A DNA stretch of 48,928 nt, the filler included, from Jimgerdemannia flammicorona (lineage: Eukaryota): assembly GCA_003990765.1 (NCBI GenBank). It is 2 parts of 2 records of this genome, joined end to end, with 100 filler letters (N's around TTAATTAATTAA, not from the genome) between each part and the next. Parts side by side here need not be neighbours in the genome. Positions count along the whole stretch, not along the records: positions 1 to 24,414 come from RBNJ01000976.1; 1 more part is not named here. One strand, 5' to 3'. Shown here one piece after another: positions 1 through 11,531 of the stretch. The notes beneath the pieces are model-generated. The model did not search any database, had not been told where the DNA came from, and saw only the letters and a program-made list of their open reading frames with translations. Position 1 is the first letter of the stretch. Every line of letters begins with the position of its first letter. Both the position numbers and the translations under genes were made by a program.

Positions 1-68
1 TTTTTAATAGTCTCTTGGACTCCGTCTTTATTACCAGTCTATGAATAAGTATACAATAACACCCCCCT

Positions 69-3000
69 CTACCCTATCCCCCTCGGGGGACCCCTCCCTG
101 CCTCTACACATATAAAGACCACCCTCTCACCAATAACTCCAACTCTCCCACCACTCTGACCACAGATTTTCACCACCAAGCGGCGCCTCCGACTCCCCTG
201 CAGCCCCCAACCAAGCCACCAGCCTGTCAAGGTATCCTCCATAAGGCACTGCCACCGTGATAACCGGCTCTCCAAGCTCTGTCGCCTCTCTTCCTCAAAT
301 ACAAATAGCCAGTGACTGGCCAGCCCAACCCAAATAGCCAATGCCCAGCCTAGAGTAATCCACTCCTCCCCTACCCCTCCTATCAATTGATTCCTCAGGT
401 CCTCCCACCTCCCCTGTACATCATCACCCCTATGCCTTACCCCCAAGCGGTCCCCAATGGCCCACCAAAAGTCACCCAACACCTCACACTCCCCAAGCCA
501 ATATTCTGGCATCTGTACAAATCCCCCTTCCAGCCCTACATTATGGTACTCCTCGCAGTCAAAGCAGCCCCCTACAACGAGGTGTCCTGAGCAGAAGTTA
601 AGCATCACATTCCTCCTCAGCATACGCCACCAGACCACCCAGTACTTTGGCGGCATCCAATTTTTCACCGCGGCACTCCAGGTCCAAACCCCCTGCCAGT
701 CCCACTCCTTGCCAATTCTGACTCCTTGCCAACCACTAGGCCACAGATCCTGGCCTGGTCCCCTTTGGCATTCGATTCTATCACCAATGTTGAACTCCAG
801 CAAAGGCATGCCTCCCAGAAGAATGCCATCCCATCTCCACTTCACCGGGCCCCAAGCCCTCTCCCCCTCATCCCCTTGCCAGCGGATACCAATGCGGTGT
901 GCCCCCTCAGCTATCCCCCACCAGAAACCTTTATAATGCAGTTGCCCAGTGTTCTGAAGCCCAACTAATGAAAGAAGATCACCTGTCAAGCCTCTTGGTG
1001 ATGTCCACCTCTCCCATACCTTCTGCAGCAAGGGAACCCAGCCCCCTCCATGCAACTCCACTGTCCTCCTGAGCCACCATGCCCTCAAGCCATGTAGTCT
1101 TTTGGGGAAGTCCACCAGCCCAAGACCACCTCTCGCCACCGGTAGGGACAGCATTTCCCAACCAATCTGACTCTGTCTGCCAGCCCAAATCCATCCCTTG
1201 GCCACCTTCATCAATCGCCTCACCACCCAGGCTGGGAAGTCCAGATGATAAGCCAAATACCACAGTTTCGGCAGCCAGTATATATTCAAAATCAAGATCC
1301 TTCCTGCTAGAGAGAAGTGTCTTCCCCCCCAACCCCGCAGGACCTCCTCCCAAATTCCAATCCTCTGCACCCACCACAGCCTGGGCAGAACAGATCCATA
1401 GACTGACAAATATATGCCCAAGTACCGCACTGCCTCTCCGGTGGGGACAATTGTTCCAATAACCTCTCTGCTCACCAGTCCATTGCCCAGTACCATTGTT
1501 TCACACTTGTGCCAATTCAGCTTTGCCCCAGAGTTCTCCTCATACCACTCCACTGTCTTCTTGAGCTCCTCGACATCCGCAGGTACTCTCAAACCAACCA
1601 CCATGTCATCTGCAAAGGCTCCAACTTTCCAGCCAATTCCATAGATAGAAAGCCCCACAATCCTCCTCCGAATTCGGTCCATTAGAGGCTCCAAGGAAAG
1701 TGCATACAAAATGGGGGACAGTGGGTCCCCCTGGGGCACTCCCCTACCCAGAGGGAATGCTACCCCTCTATGTCCATTACACACGAGCGCAGCCCTACTC
1801 CTTTTCAGTAGGCTGATCATTGCCGCCCGAAATGGGACCGGAACTCCAATCCTATCCAACACTTTTGCCAGCCAGACTCGCTGCACCCGGTCATAAGCCT
1901 TCTCCTGGTCCAAGAAGACAAGACACCCATCCAGTCCACAGGCTCGAGCACCTTCAATAACGCCATGTACCCAGGCCGTGCCATCTCGAATAAGCCGACC
2001 CCCTATGAAGCCCCTCTGCTCAACACCCACAATTTGCTGGGCTGCCTTCTGCAACCTTGCGACCACCACCTTAGTCACCAGCTTTCTGTCCATATCTAGC
2101 AACATTATCTGCTGCCAGTTCTTCCAATCCTCTCGCCTTCCCTTGTTCTTATAAAGCAGCATCACCAGCCTAAGATCCTGCTCCCCCACCCATCTCCCTG
2201 ACTGCAATATAGTGTCACACAGTGCTGTCAACTCTCCCAGTATGCCCAGAACTCCAACCATTCGCTTCCAGAAGTCCCAGGGGAGGCCATCCTCCCCTGG
2301 CGCCATACCTGAGGTTGTCGTGGCAAGAATCTGGTGGATCTCGTCCTCTTTTACAGGCATCACCAGGTCACCTAATCCCTCAGCTCGTGGAGGGTGCCAA
2401 TCTTCTAATGTTTGTTCAATGGCTATAGCATCCACCCCACTCTCCTCCTCACTCCACAGTCCACTCCATCACGCCTTCAGTGTTCCAAGGATATCCTGTA
2501 CACCATGCACTAATCTACCATCCGAGTCCAGTACCCCTTCCCACCACTGCTGTATCCTTCTCGCTTGAAGTGTCCTCGTAAGAAACTTAGAAGGCCTCTC
2601 CCCTTCCTCCAGCCCCTGCCAACGAAGCCTTGCCACCAGGCCTTGCACCCTTGACTCTTCCTCTTCCCACAGCACCTGTTGTAGTTCCCCAACCTCCATC
2701 TTCACCCTTGTTATTCTCCAATCCTCTTCTCCCTCCACTATTGCCAAACTTGCCCACTCCTCCAGAAGCCTAGCCAATCTAGTAGAAGCCCAATGCACCC
2801 TCTGCCTTCACTACCTCCCAACCACTCTGCCAGCCTCGCTCCAATACATTCTTGCCATCTCTTTCATCCTCCTCCACCGAATCTCAATTGTAGCCCCTTC
2901 TCGCCGCCAATTCACCACCTTCATCTGAATGTCTTTTGTCCACTCCTCCCACCGGGACTTGTCATCCAACAAGGAGGAATTCAGGCACCAATGTCCAGGC

Positions 3001-3752
3001 CCATCACCACTACCCCCAAAACACCCCTGTCCCAAAAGGCCCCAGTGATCTGACCACGGACACCATTCTACCTCCAGCCCCTTCCAAACATCTCGGCCCC
3101 AACAGTCAGCCATCAGAATCCAGTCAATCCTTGTCCCCAGACCTCCAGCCCAATGCGTATATACCCTCCGATCCCCCCAGTACTTCCTACCAGCATCCAC
3201 CATTGCTCCTAGCCTTTTGACCTCCTCCCACATCGCCAGCCCCCCACTCCTATTCTCAGCACCCTGTCCTCCATCAGTTCTATCCAGCTGTACATCCTGA
3301 ACCATATTGAAATCTCCTCCAAGTATATCCAACCTGGCTTCAGCAAGGGTCCCACTCTCCAGGAGACCTTTCACCCAATCCACACATTTCCCCTGCACAG
3401 CAGGGCAGTAATAGGAGCCAACTGTAACTGGCTCCCATCCTGCACGAATCCACTCACCCCAGACCAGTCTCTCCCCCCAGCTCCTCACATCCTGTATCTC
3501 CCCTCTGCCTTTCTGAACCAGAATCCCAACCTTGCTGTTCCAAATTGCCATGCCACCCCATTCCTTCGTCCATTCCATCCTATCAGAATCATCCTCGTAC
3601 CTGACATCCTGCAAGAGGAAGAGATCAGCCTCCAATCCCTTCAACCAAAGAAAAATGTTCCTGCATCTAACTGCGCCCTGAAGCCCATTCACGTTCAAAG
3701 AAAAAATGTTGGTTGTACTGTTCATAATGAAATATGGTTTGTTCGCAATCAA
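69..3752 (-). pseudogene. LINE ORF2 (APE endonuclease - reverse transcriptase - C-terminal Cys/His motif), single frame with 3 premature stops
   Basis: APE motifs SLNVNGL, LLQD, GGDFN, RIDW, SDH. RT motifs APGEDG, LDQEKAYD, GVPQGDPLSP, FADD, YLGI. C-terminal CFDC..EYWLGEC. ORFs 2811-3752, 2469-2798 and 69-2435 are in one frame, and the stops (TAG, TGA, TGA) are explicable as CAG/CGA decay. Confidence 0.95.
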
Positions 3753-3755
3753 TCT

Positions 3756-4307
3756 CTACTGCTCTATGCCCATCTCCTCCTGTGCCATGTCCAGATTATG
3801 TTCAGCCATCACCTCCTCTGCTTCAGCCCTCTGAGCCTCTAGTCCAGCCAACAGCTCATTCATCTCCTCATCAGCCTTCTCCTCAAACTCCTCCCTGTAC
3901 TCAATACAAGCCTCCTGCCAAAGCTGCAACCCATGACGCCTGTTCCAACAGTATTCAGCCTTCTCCCCAGCGACAACTGCCAACTCTGCCTCCCTCTCCT
4001 TGTCCACCTCATACCCTTCCTCCTCCAGATACACCACGAGAATTTCCGCCTTCAGTGCCATCGCCACTCCTTCCCCCTGCAAAATTCTTGCCCAGTGCTC
4101 ATCACCCATTCCATGCAAGTCCACCTCCCCCAGCTCTTCTGCTGCCAGGTTATTCATCATCCGGCACATCCAAAGTAGGTTCCCCACCTCCTTCCCACCA
4201 GGGGTCGCCGGCCACCCTCCGTCCAGCATCGTGGTGTCAGCTCCAGCACTCATGTCCTCATCCCACACCTCTGGGACATCCACCAGTTCCTCCTCCCCAA
4301 CCGCCAC
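3756..4307 (-). pseudogene. LINE ORF1 C-terminal acidic/helical part
   Basis: 183-aa ORF directly upstream of ORF2. Homologous to 34485-35078 and 6883-7523. Confidence 0.85.
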
Positions 4308-4308
4308 T

Positions 4309-7300
4309 GATCTGACTCCTTCTTCCAGCCCAGATCCACCCCTTGGTCAGCTTCATTAATCTCTTTACCACTCAGGCTGAGAAGTCCAGATGATAAGCCA
4401 GATACCACAACTTTGGCAGCCAATAGACATTCAAAATTGAGACATGCCCTGCTAGAGATAAGTGGCAACCCCCCCAACTCTGCAGGGCCTCCCCCCAGAT
4501 TTCAACCCTTTGCTTCCACCAAAGTTGGGGTAGAACTGACCCATATACTGACAAATAGATACCTAAGTACCACACTACCTCACCAGTAGAGACAATTGTT
4601 CTGATAATATCCCCTCCCACCAGTCCATTGCCTAACACCATTGTTTCACACTTGTGCCAATTAAGCTTAGCCCCAGAGTTCTCCTCATACCACTTTACTG
4701 TCTCCTTAAGCTCATCAACATCAGCAATTGATCTCAGTCCGACCACCATATCATCTGTAAAGGCCCCAACTTTTCACCCAATTCCAAAGATAGAGAGCCC
4801 CACTATCTTCCACCTGATTCTATTCAACAGGGGTTCCAGGGAAAGGACATACAAAATGGGGGACAGTGGGTCCCCCTGGGGCACACCCCTACCCAGGGGG
4901 AATGACACCCCTCTATGCCTATTACATATGAGTGCAGCCCTACTCCTTTCCAGCAGGCTGATCATTGCTGACCAGAACTAGTACAGTACTCTAGTCCTAT
5001 CCAATACTTTTGCCAGCCAGACCCTCTACACCCAGTTGTAAGCCTTCTCCTGGTCCAAAAAGACCAGTCACCCATCTAGTCCACAAGCTTACACCCCCTT
5101 CAATAACTCCATGTATCCAGACTGTGCTATCCTAAATGAGCCAGCCTCCTACAAAGCCCCTCTGCTCAACACCCAAGACTTACTGAGTCACCTTCTGAAG
5201 CCTTGTGACTACCACCTTGGTCACCAACTTTCTGTTCATGTCCAGCAGTATAATTGGCCACCAGTTCTTCCAGTCCTCTCACCTTCCTTTGTTCTTGAAA
5301 AGCAATATCACCAGCCCCAGATTCTGCTCCCCCAACCATCTCCCTGTCTGTAGTATAAAATCACACAATGCTGTCATCTCTCTCAGTACTCCTGGGACTC
5401 CCACCATCTTCTTCCAGAAGTCCCAGGGCAGACCATCCTCCCCAGGTGCCATATCCAGTGTTGTTGCAGCAAGAACCTGGTGGATCTCTTCCTCTTGTAC
5501 TGGCAACACCAAGTCCTCCAGCCCATCTACTTGCAGTGGGTGCCAATCCTCCAACTCTTGTTCAATGGCAGCAGTGTCAGCCCCACCTTCCTCCTCACTC
5601 CATAGTCCACTCCATCACTTCTTCAATGATCCAAGAATGTCTTATATGCCATATACCATTATACTGTCAGAGGCAAGTATCCCCTCCCACCTTTGCTGTA
5701 CCCTTCTCACCTGAAGAGCCCTTGTGAGATACTTTGAGGGCCTCTCTCCTTCCTCCAAACTCTGCCAATGAAGTCTGGCCACCAAGCTCTGCACCCTTGT
5801 CTCTTCCTAGCACCTGTTGTAATTCTCCAACCTCTCTGTTTGTCCTTACTAATCTCCAATTCTCACTCCCCTCTGACATCACTAGCCCTGTCCAATCCTC
5901 CAAGAGTCTAGTCAGTCTAACAGAAGCCCACTGTACCCATCACCTCCTCTGCTTCCCAGCCTCTTTGCCAGTCTCACTCCAGTAGATCCTAGTCATCTCT
6001 TTCATCCTCATCTACTGAACAGCAACTGGGACACCTTCCTGCCTCCAGCCCTCCACTCTCAGTTAAATGTCTTCAGTCTACCCATCCCACTGGATCCTAT
6101 TATCTAATAAAGAGGAATTGAGGCACCAATGTCCAGGCCCATCCCCACTCCTCCCAAAATGCCCCTGACCTAATAGCCCCCAATGATCTGACCATGGACA
6201 CCATTCCACCTCCAGTGACTTCTAAACATCTAAGCCCCAGCAGCTAGCCATCAAAATCCAGTGAATCCTCGACCCCAGGCCCCTTGCCCAATGTGTGTAT
6301 ACCCTCCTGTCACCCCAACATTCCCTACCAGCATCTACCAGAGCACTTAGTCTTTCCACTTCCTCTCATACTGCCAGCCCTCCACACTGACTCTCAGCTC
6401 TCCTTCTGCCATCTGTTCTATCTACCAGTACATCCCAGATGATATTGAAGTCTCTACTAAGCATATCCACTCCAGCCTCTGCAAGGACCCCACTCTCCTG
6501 GAGACCCTTCACCCAATCTACATGCTCACCCCATATAGTGGGGCAGTAACAAGAGCTCACTGTAACTGGCTCTCAACCTATATGTATCCACTCTCCCCAG
6601 ACCAATCTATCTCCCCAGCTCCTCATATCTCATATCTCCCCTTTGCCTTTCTGGACCAGAATCCCAACCTTACTCTTCCAAACTACCTCACCTCCCCATT
6701 CCTTCATCTATTCCAGTCTATCCAAATAATTCTCACACCATACATTCTGCAAGAGGAAGAGATTGGCCTCCAATCCCTTCAGCCAAGTAAAAATATTCCT
6801 ACATTGAGAAGCACCCTGCAACCCATTCACATTTAAAGAAAAAATGTTAGTTGTACTATTCATAATGAAATATAGTGTGTTATCAAGTCCATTCCAACTG
6901 CTCCATATTCATCTCTTCCTGCGCCATGTCCAGATTATATTCCACAGTCACCTCTTCCTCTTTGGCCCTCTGAGCCTCCAATCCAGTCAATAGCTCATTC
7001 ATCTCCCCATCTGCCTTCTCCTCAAACTTCTCTCTATACTCCAGACAGGCCTCCTGCCAGAGCTGTAATCCATGATGCTTGGTCCAGCAGTATTCAGCCC
7101 TCTCACCAGTGACACCCACCAGCTCTGCCTCCTACTCTTTATCCATCTTATACCCTTCCTCCTCCAGATATACTACTAGGATTTCTACCTTAGTACCATC
7201 ACTATACCATCCCCCTGCAAGATCTGTACCCAATACTCATCACTTATTACTCTCAGGTCCACCTCCCCCAACTCTTCAGCCACCAGGTTATTCATCATCC

Positions 7301-8999
7301 TATACATCCAAAGTAGGTTCCCCACCTTCTTCCCTCCAGAAGTTGCTGGCCTCCCTCCATCCAGCATTGTGGTGTCAGCCCCAGCACTTGCAGACTCATC
7401 CCATACCTCTGAGACATCTACCAGTTCCTCCTCTCCAACTACCACCACTTGTCTCCCATTTGCCACCTCTGGAACTCTAAATTGCACTCGCTGGGCCCCC
7501 CTCATCAGCACATTCTCTACCACCCTACTTCAGGAAGCTGGACCTCATCTGATAAGAGGAGTAGGGATAGGTGAGTCCTCCCCAGCCTCCTCCCAGACCT
7601 CAAATATATCATCTGCATATGGATTATTGCCTGTCACCTCCCTGTCCTCTCCTATTCCCTTCCCTGCACTCCCTCCCCCCTTGCTGGCCCAGACACTCAC
7701 TCTGGTACCCCCTGCCTCTACCATTCCACCTGCATCCTTCTGAGGTCCACCCTCCAACTTAGCCAGCAGTTTCTTCTGTCTCTTACATCTCTGGGCTCTT
7801 TCCCACTACCTCTTGTCCACTTGAATCTGCTTCCCATCCACCTCCTCCAAGTGTGTTAACTTCACAAAAGTCTTCCAAGCCTTTGCCTGCTGCTCTACAG
7901 TACCACTCAGTCCTTCCAGCACTTCTAATAAGTCCTCTTCCTCCTCCTCACTCTCCTTCACCTTTGTCACCTTGCACAAGATTACCCCCCAGACCATCAC
8001 TGAAGGCCAGTCCCTTGCCTTCTCAGTAGCTTCCTTCTCTGCCAGTCAGAGCCTCACATCAACATCCCCAGTCCTAAGCGAGATCCCTTCCCAGACCCTG
8101 AAACTGATATCCACCACATCTCTATACTCTACTATGACCTCCTTGACTCTTATTCTCATCTCCACTGCCATCACCATGAGCACTCCTTTCACCAGCAGTT
8201 ATACTACTCTGGGGTCCCATCTTAGGCAATGAGTCATTGGAATACACACCTCCCCAACAGTCAGTCCAACCTTCAGCACCTCCTCCAAAGGCTCAGCCTC
8301 CTCAAATCCCACCTCTACTCTCTCCAATCCCTTCAGAAATTTTATGGATACTACTCCAGCCACCTGCTTAGCAATAAGCCCCAGTACTATTTTCACTGTC
8401 ACTACTAGTCCCTGGAAGTACAGTGTAACTGCAAATGCTGAGATCAATTTTTTGAGTAATGGGGCCATCACCAGGTCCATCATACCATCTGCCAAATCTT
8501 CCTACATTCTAAGCCCCAGCTGCCCAGCCACACTATCAGCAGTCACATCTGGATTTTTTTCCAGATTAGCAGTCTCTTTGCCATCAGCCATCATGCTCGC
8601 CCCAGCCACTACACTCCCAGCTCTACTGCTCCCACTGCCAAGGACTACTCCTCTATGTACAGCTGCCTTTCCCATCTTCTTGCCTCTCCTCAGCTATCCC
8701 TCCAGCCCAGATGCCTGCTGTCTCCCCTTTATCATCTCTACAAAGCTCACCCTCCCAGACCCCTGTCCACCTCTACTGCCTCCTTCCCTACTGCATCCTC
8801 CCACCAGCAGCCCCCTCATACTATCTCCTAGGCCAGGACCTCTCCCCACCTACTGCTAGTCAAATGTGCTTAGACCACCCTACTTAGTACGTACCTCAGA
8901 TTGCCTGTCAGTTACCATGTTGCTAGTCTCTTTTCTCTAAAAATGATATAGAAAGTGCTTTCCAAAGGTTGTGTAACCTGAATGGTATTGGAGAAAAGC
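4309..8999 (-). mobile_element. LINE family A copy A2, older and more decayed; ORF1 plus most of ORF2, 3' ~1.2 kb displaced by A1
   Basis: Fragments GVPQGDPLSP (4774-4965), APGEDG (5279-5554), APE (~6150-6870) and ORF1 (6883-~8920). The 5' UTR motif gttgtgtaacctgaatg at ~8968 is shared with 36552. The 5' boundary is approximate. Confidence 0.88.
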
Positions 9000-9619
9000 T
9001 GCATCCCTAATAGTTCCATATCTTCCACACAATTCTCACTCCAAAATCTGGCAACATTATACTAAGATAGGAGATGATGTTATTTATAACTATTGCAGGT
9101 AAAAAATTAAGAAGTACCTATTGATATAACTGATACTTTTGTTTGACACATATATTTGTTTGACATACACATGATACTGTTTCATCTACCCCCATAAACT
9201 GCACCAGCCAGAAGTTCAAAATACTTGGTGGTATGACTTTAAACATATATTGACACATAAAAGACAAATACTCTGACAAAATCAAAAAGAACACAAAGAT
9301 AAATAAAATTGACATCTAAGCTGTAGTGGGTACATTTATCCAAATTGCCTCACTATTTCTGTACCAATAACTTCATTTAATTAAAAATATTTAGCCATAC
9401 TCTTTAGCAGAATTTCGAAATTAGCTCATTCACTGGATTGTATATACAGACCAGCCATTTACAACTATTGAGAGTGATCAATTACATAGTATCTTTGGCC
9501 TCCTCAAGTATGATTTATATTTGCCAAGTACTAATACTATTTGCAAAGATGTCCTGGAGGCCTATAGGAAGGAGCATGACAATCTCCACCAGATACTTCA
9601 GATAAAATAAGAGCAGTAC

Positions 9620-10023
9620 TGTAACACTTTAGCATAGTTTATTTCTTTTCTCTGTTTTTCTTGAATATTCTATAACCTTCCAGCACTTTCTGTATACTTA
9701 GAAATCCCCTTCTTGGTGCCGAGTATTAACTAGTACTTATTTGGCTAGTCATGGAATATTCTGGAAACTTGTAGAACTTTATTTGTCATCATTTGTCATC
9801 TTTGCTGAGAACTTTCCTCTTGGTATTTTCTTTTGATTTCTCAGATCCTTCCAGATCCTTCCTTCAGATCTTATATAAATATCTCCTTTGTTCTCATAAA
9901 TAAAGTCTCAGAATATTTTCTCTCAGAAATCCTTTGAGAATACTTGAATCCTTAGTATCTCTTCGAGCTACTTAGGACCACCAGAACTAGTCGCTTCCTC
10001 ATTTAGAAACTAGAACTATTACA
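9620..10023 (+). repeat. 5' LTR of Gypsy-1
   Basis: TGTAAC...ATTACA, colinear without indels with 21016-21419. Contains TATAAAT and AATAAA at ~9874-9904. Confidence 0.97.
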
Positions 10024-10025
10024 CT

Positions 10026-10037
10026 TGGTAGTAGTGG
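10026..10037 (+). promoter_or_regulatory. Primer-binding site, tRNA-iMet-like (TGGTAGTAGTGG)
   Basis: TGG starts 2 nt after the LTR and resembles the TGGTAGCAG-type iMet PBS with one C>T change. The tRNA identity is inferred. Confidence 0.65.
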
Positions 10038-11114
10038 TTAAGTTACACCTAGCCTTATCAAGACACCTCTCAAGATATCAGTCACAATACTATGGAGGAC
10101 AATGGGTGGAACTCTTCATACAGTACCTATGGTCCAGGCAATATCTCATACAATCAGCAAGAAGAAGAGGAACAGCAAAACCCTACTCAGTCAAATGGGG
10201 CCATCAAGAGTCTTTTGCAGACTGCATTAGCTCAGATTGCTCAACTTCAAGAATGCATAGAAAGAAAGGAAAGCAAGGCCCCTGTTCATACCTCTGCACC
10301 TCTACCAATATCAATATACCCAACAGCAGTCACTATCAAGCCTCAGAAGCCTGACACTTTTGATGGTCAAAGAGGAGAACTGTCTACCAATGCCTGGCTT
10401 TTCCAATTGGAGTAATATGAAGAACTGACCAATTTGGAAGAAGCAACACTAGTCCAATTCGCCGCCACACTTCTCCAAGGGAATGCTGCAATCTGGTGGC
10501 AAAACCATGTCCAGAATACCAGATTTACTGGCTGGATCAGGACCTGGAATGAATTCTCTGATGCTGTTTAAGGCCAATTCAAACCAGTCAACAGCACCAA
10601 GGCCACATGAGACTGTCTGGCAAATGTCAAACAACTCAAGTCTGTGTAAGCATACAATGCACAATTCTTGTCAATCCTACTAGAATTACTACATGTCACT
10701 GAAGACAAGAAGGTTGACAAGTACATCCGAGGCCTGAAAGATCAAACCTGAGTTCATGTCGAACTAGAAGAACCCAGGGACCTAGATACAGCAATGAAGA
10801 TTGCTGATAGGTTTGATGTCATCACTTATGGTCACTGCTTCGAACAGAAGAGACTGCCTTTCAACAACAACCACAAAAGGGAGGAACCCAAAGTCAGAAC
10901 TGTTGGACCTGCCCCCATGGATCTAGACACCATTGACAAGAACAAGAAAGGCAAGCTTACACCCAAGGAAAAGGAGTGCCTTAAGAAGGCTGGAGCCTGC
11001 TTCTTTTGCCATCAGCCTGGTCACATTGCAACTAAATGTCCCAAGAAAACTGCCGAACCAAAGAGGATCCTAGTCCTGTCCAAAGACACTCAAGGTCAAT
11101 CAGTTGAACAAGAA

Positions 11115-11531
11115 GTCATACTCAATTTCATGTGAGTCAACCCCAAGGCCCAGATCCCTTAAGCATAGTCAGAAGGAGCCATTGGTTTGGACCTTCAAGC
11201 AGTACAATAAGTCACTATTCCTGCACATGAAAGAAGGCTCATTCCAACTGGCCTTTCAGTCGAAATCCCCAAGGAACATTATGTAAGGATTGTACCAAGA
11301 TCTGGCCTCAGTTGCAAGCACTCATTGGATGTTGGTGCTGGAGTCATTGACCCTGACTTCCAAGGTAAAATGTAAGTCCTACTAGTCAACCACAAGAACC
11401 AACCATATACTGTCAATGAAGGAGACAGAATTGCACAGCTCATTCTGGAGCGTGCCACCCTAACAGTCATCAAAGAAGTCACCAAGCTGTCTTCAACCAA
11501 GTGAGATCAGAAAGGCTTTGGCAGCACTGAC
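11115..11531 (+). pseudogene. dut: Trimeric-type dUTPase domain inside the Gypsy-1 polyprotein
   Basis: Hand translation in the gag frame shows all five motifs: AIGLDL, VPRSGL, GAGVIDPDFQG, GDRIAQL, *DQKGFGSTD. Not visible in the ORF track because of stops. Confidence 0.95.

Larger units (their letters stand above)
1..4308 (-). mobile_element. L1/Tx1-like non-LTR retrotransposon, family A copy A1, 5'-truncated inside ORF1
   Basis: Poly(A) remnant at 1-5 and AATAAA in the 3' UTR on the minus strand. Carries APE+RT ORF2 and the ORF1 C-terminus. Colinear with 30737-35038. Homology to that copy stops at ccgccact (4308), where a different copy begins mid-ORF2. Confidence 0.93.

Noticed and set aside
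69..3752. Alternative genetic code or programmed readthrough to explain in-frame stops
   Set aside because: All three stop types occur, largely at different positions in different copies, and match C>T/G>A decay.
387..8859. Many Pro/Ser/His-rich plus-strand ORFs (also 15.5-20.7 kb and 31.3-36.6 kb)
   Set aside because: Antisense shadows of the G-rich LINE coding strand, with no independent motifs.
10024..10040. Tf1-type self-priming PBS
   Set aside because: No complement of this sequence found in the LTR, and the TGG start fits tRNA priming.
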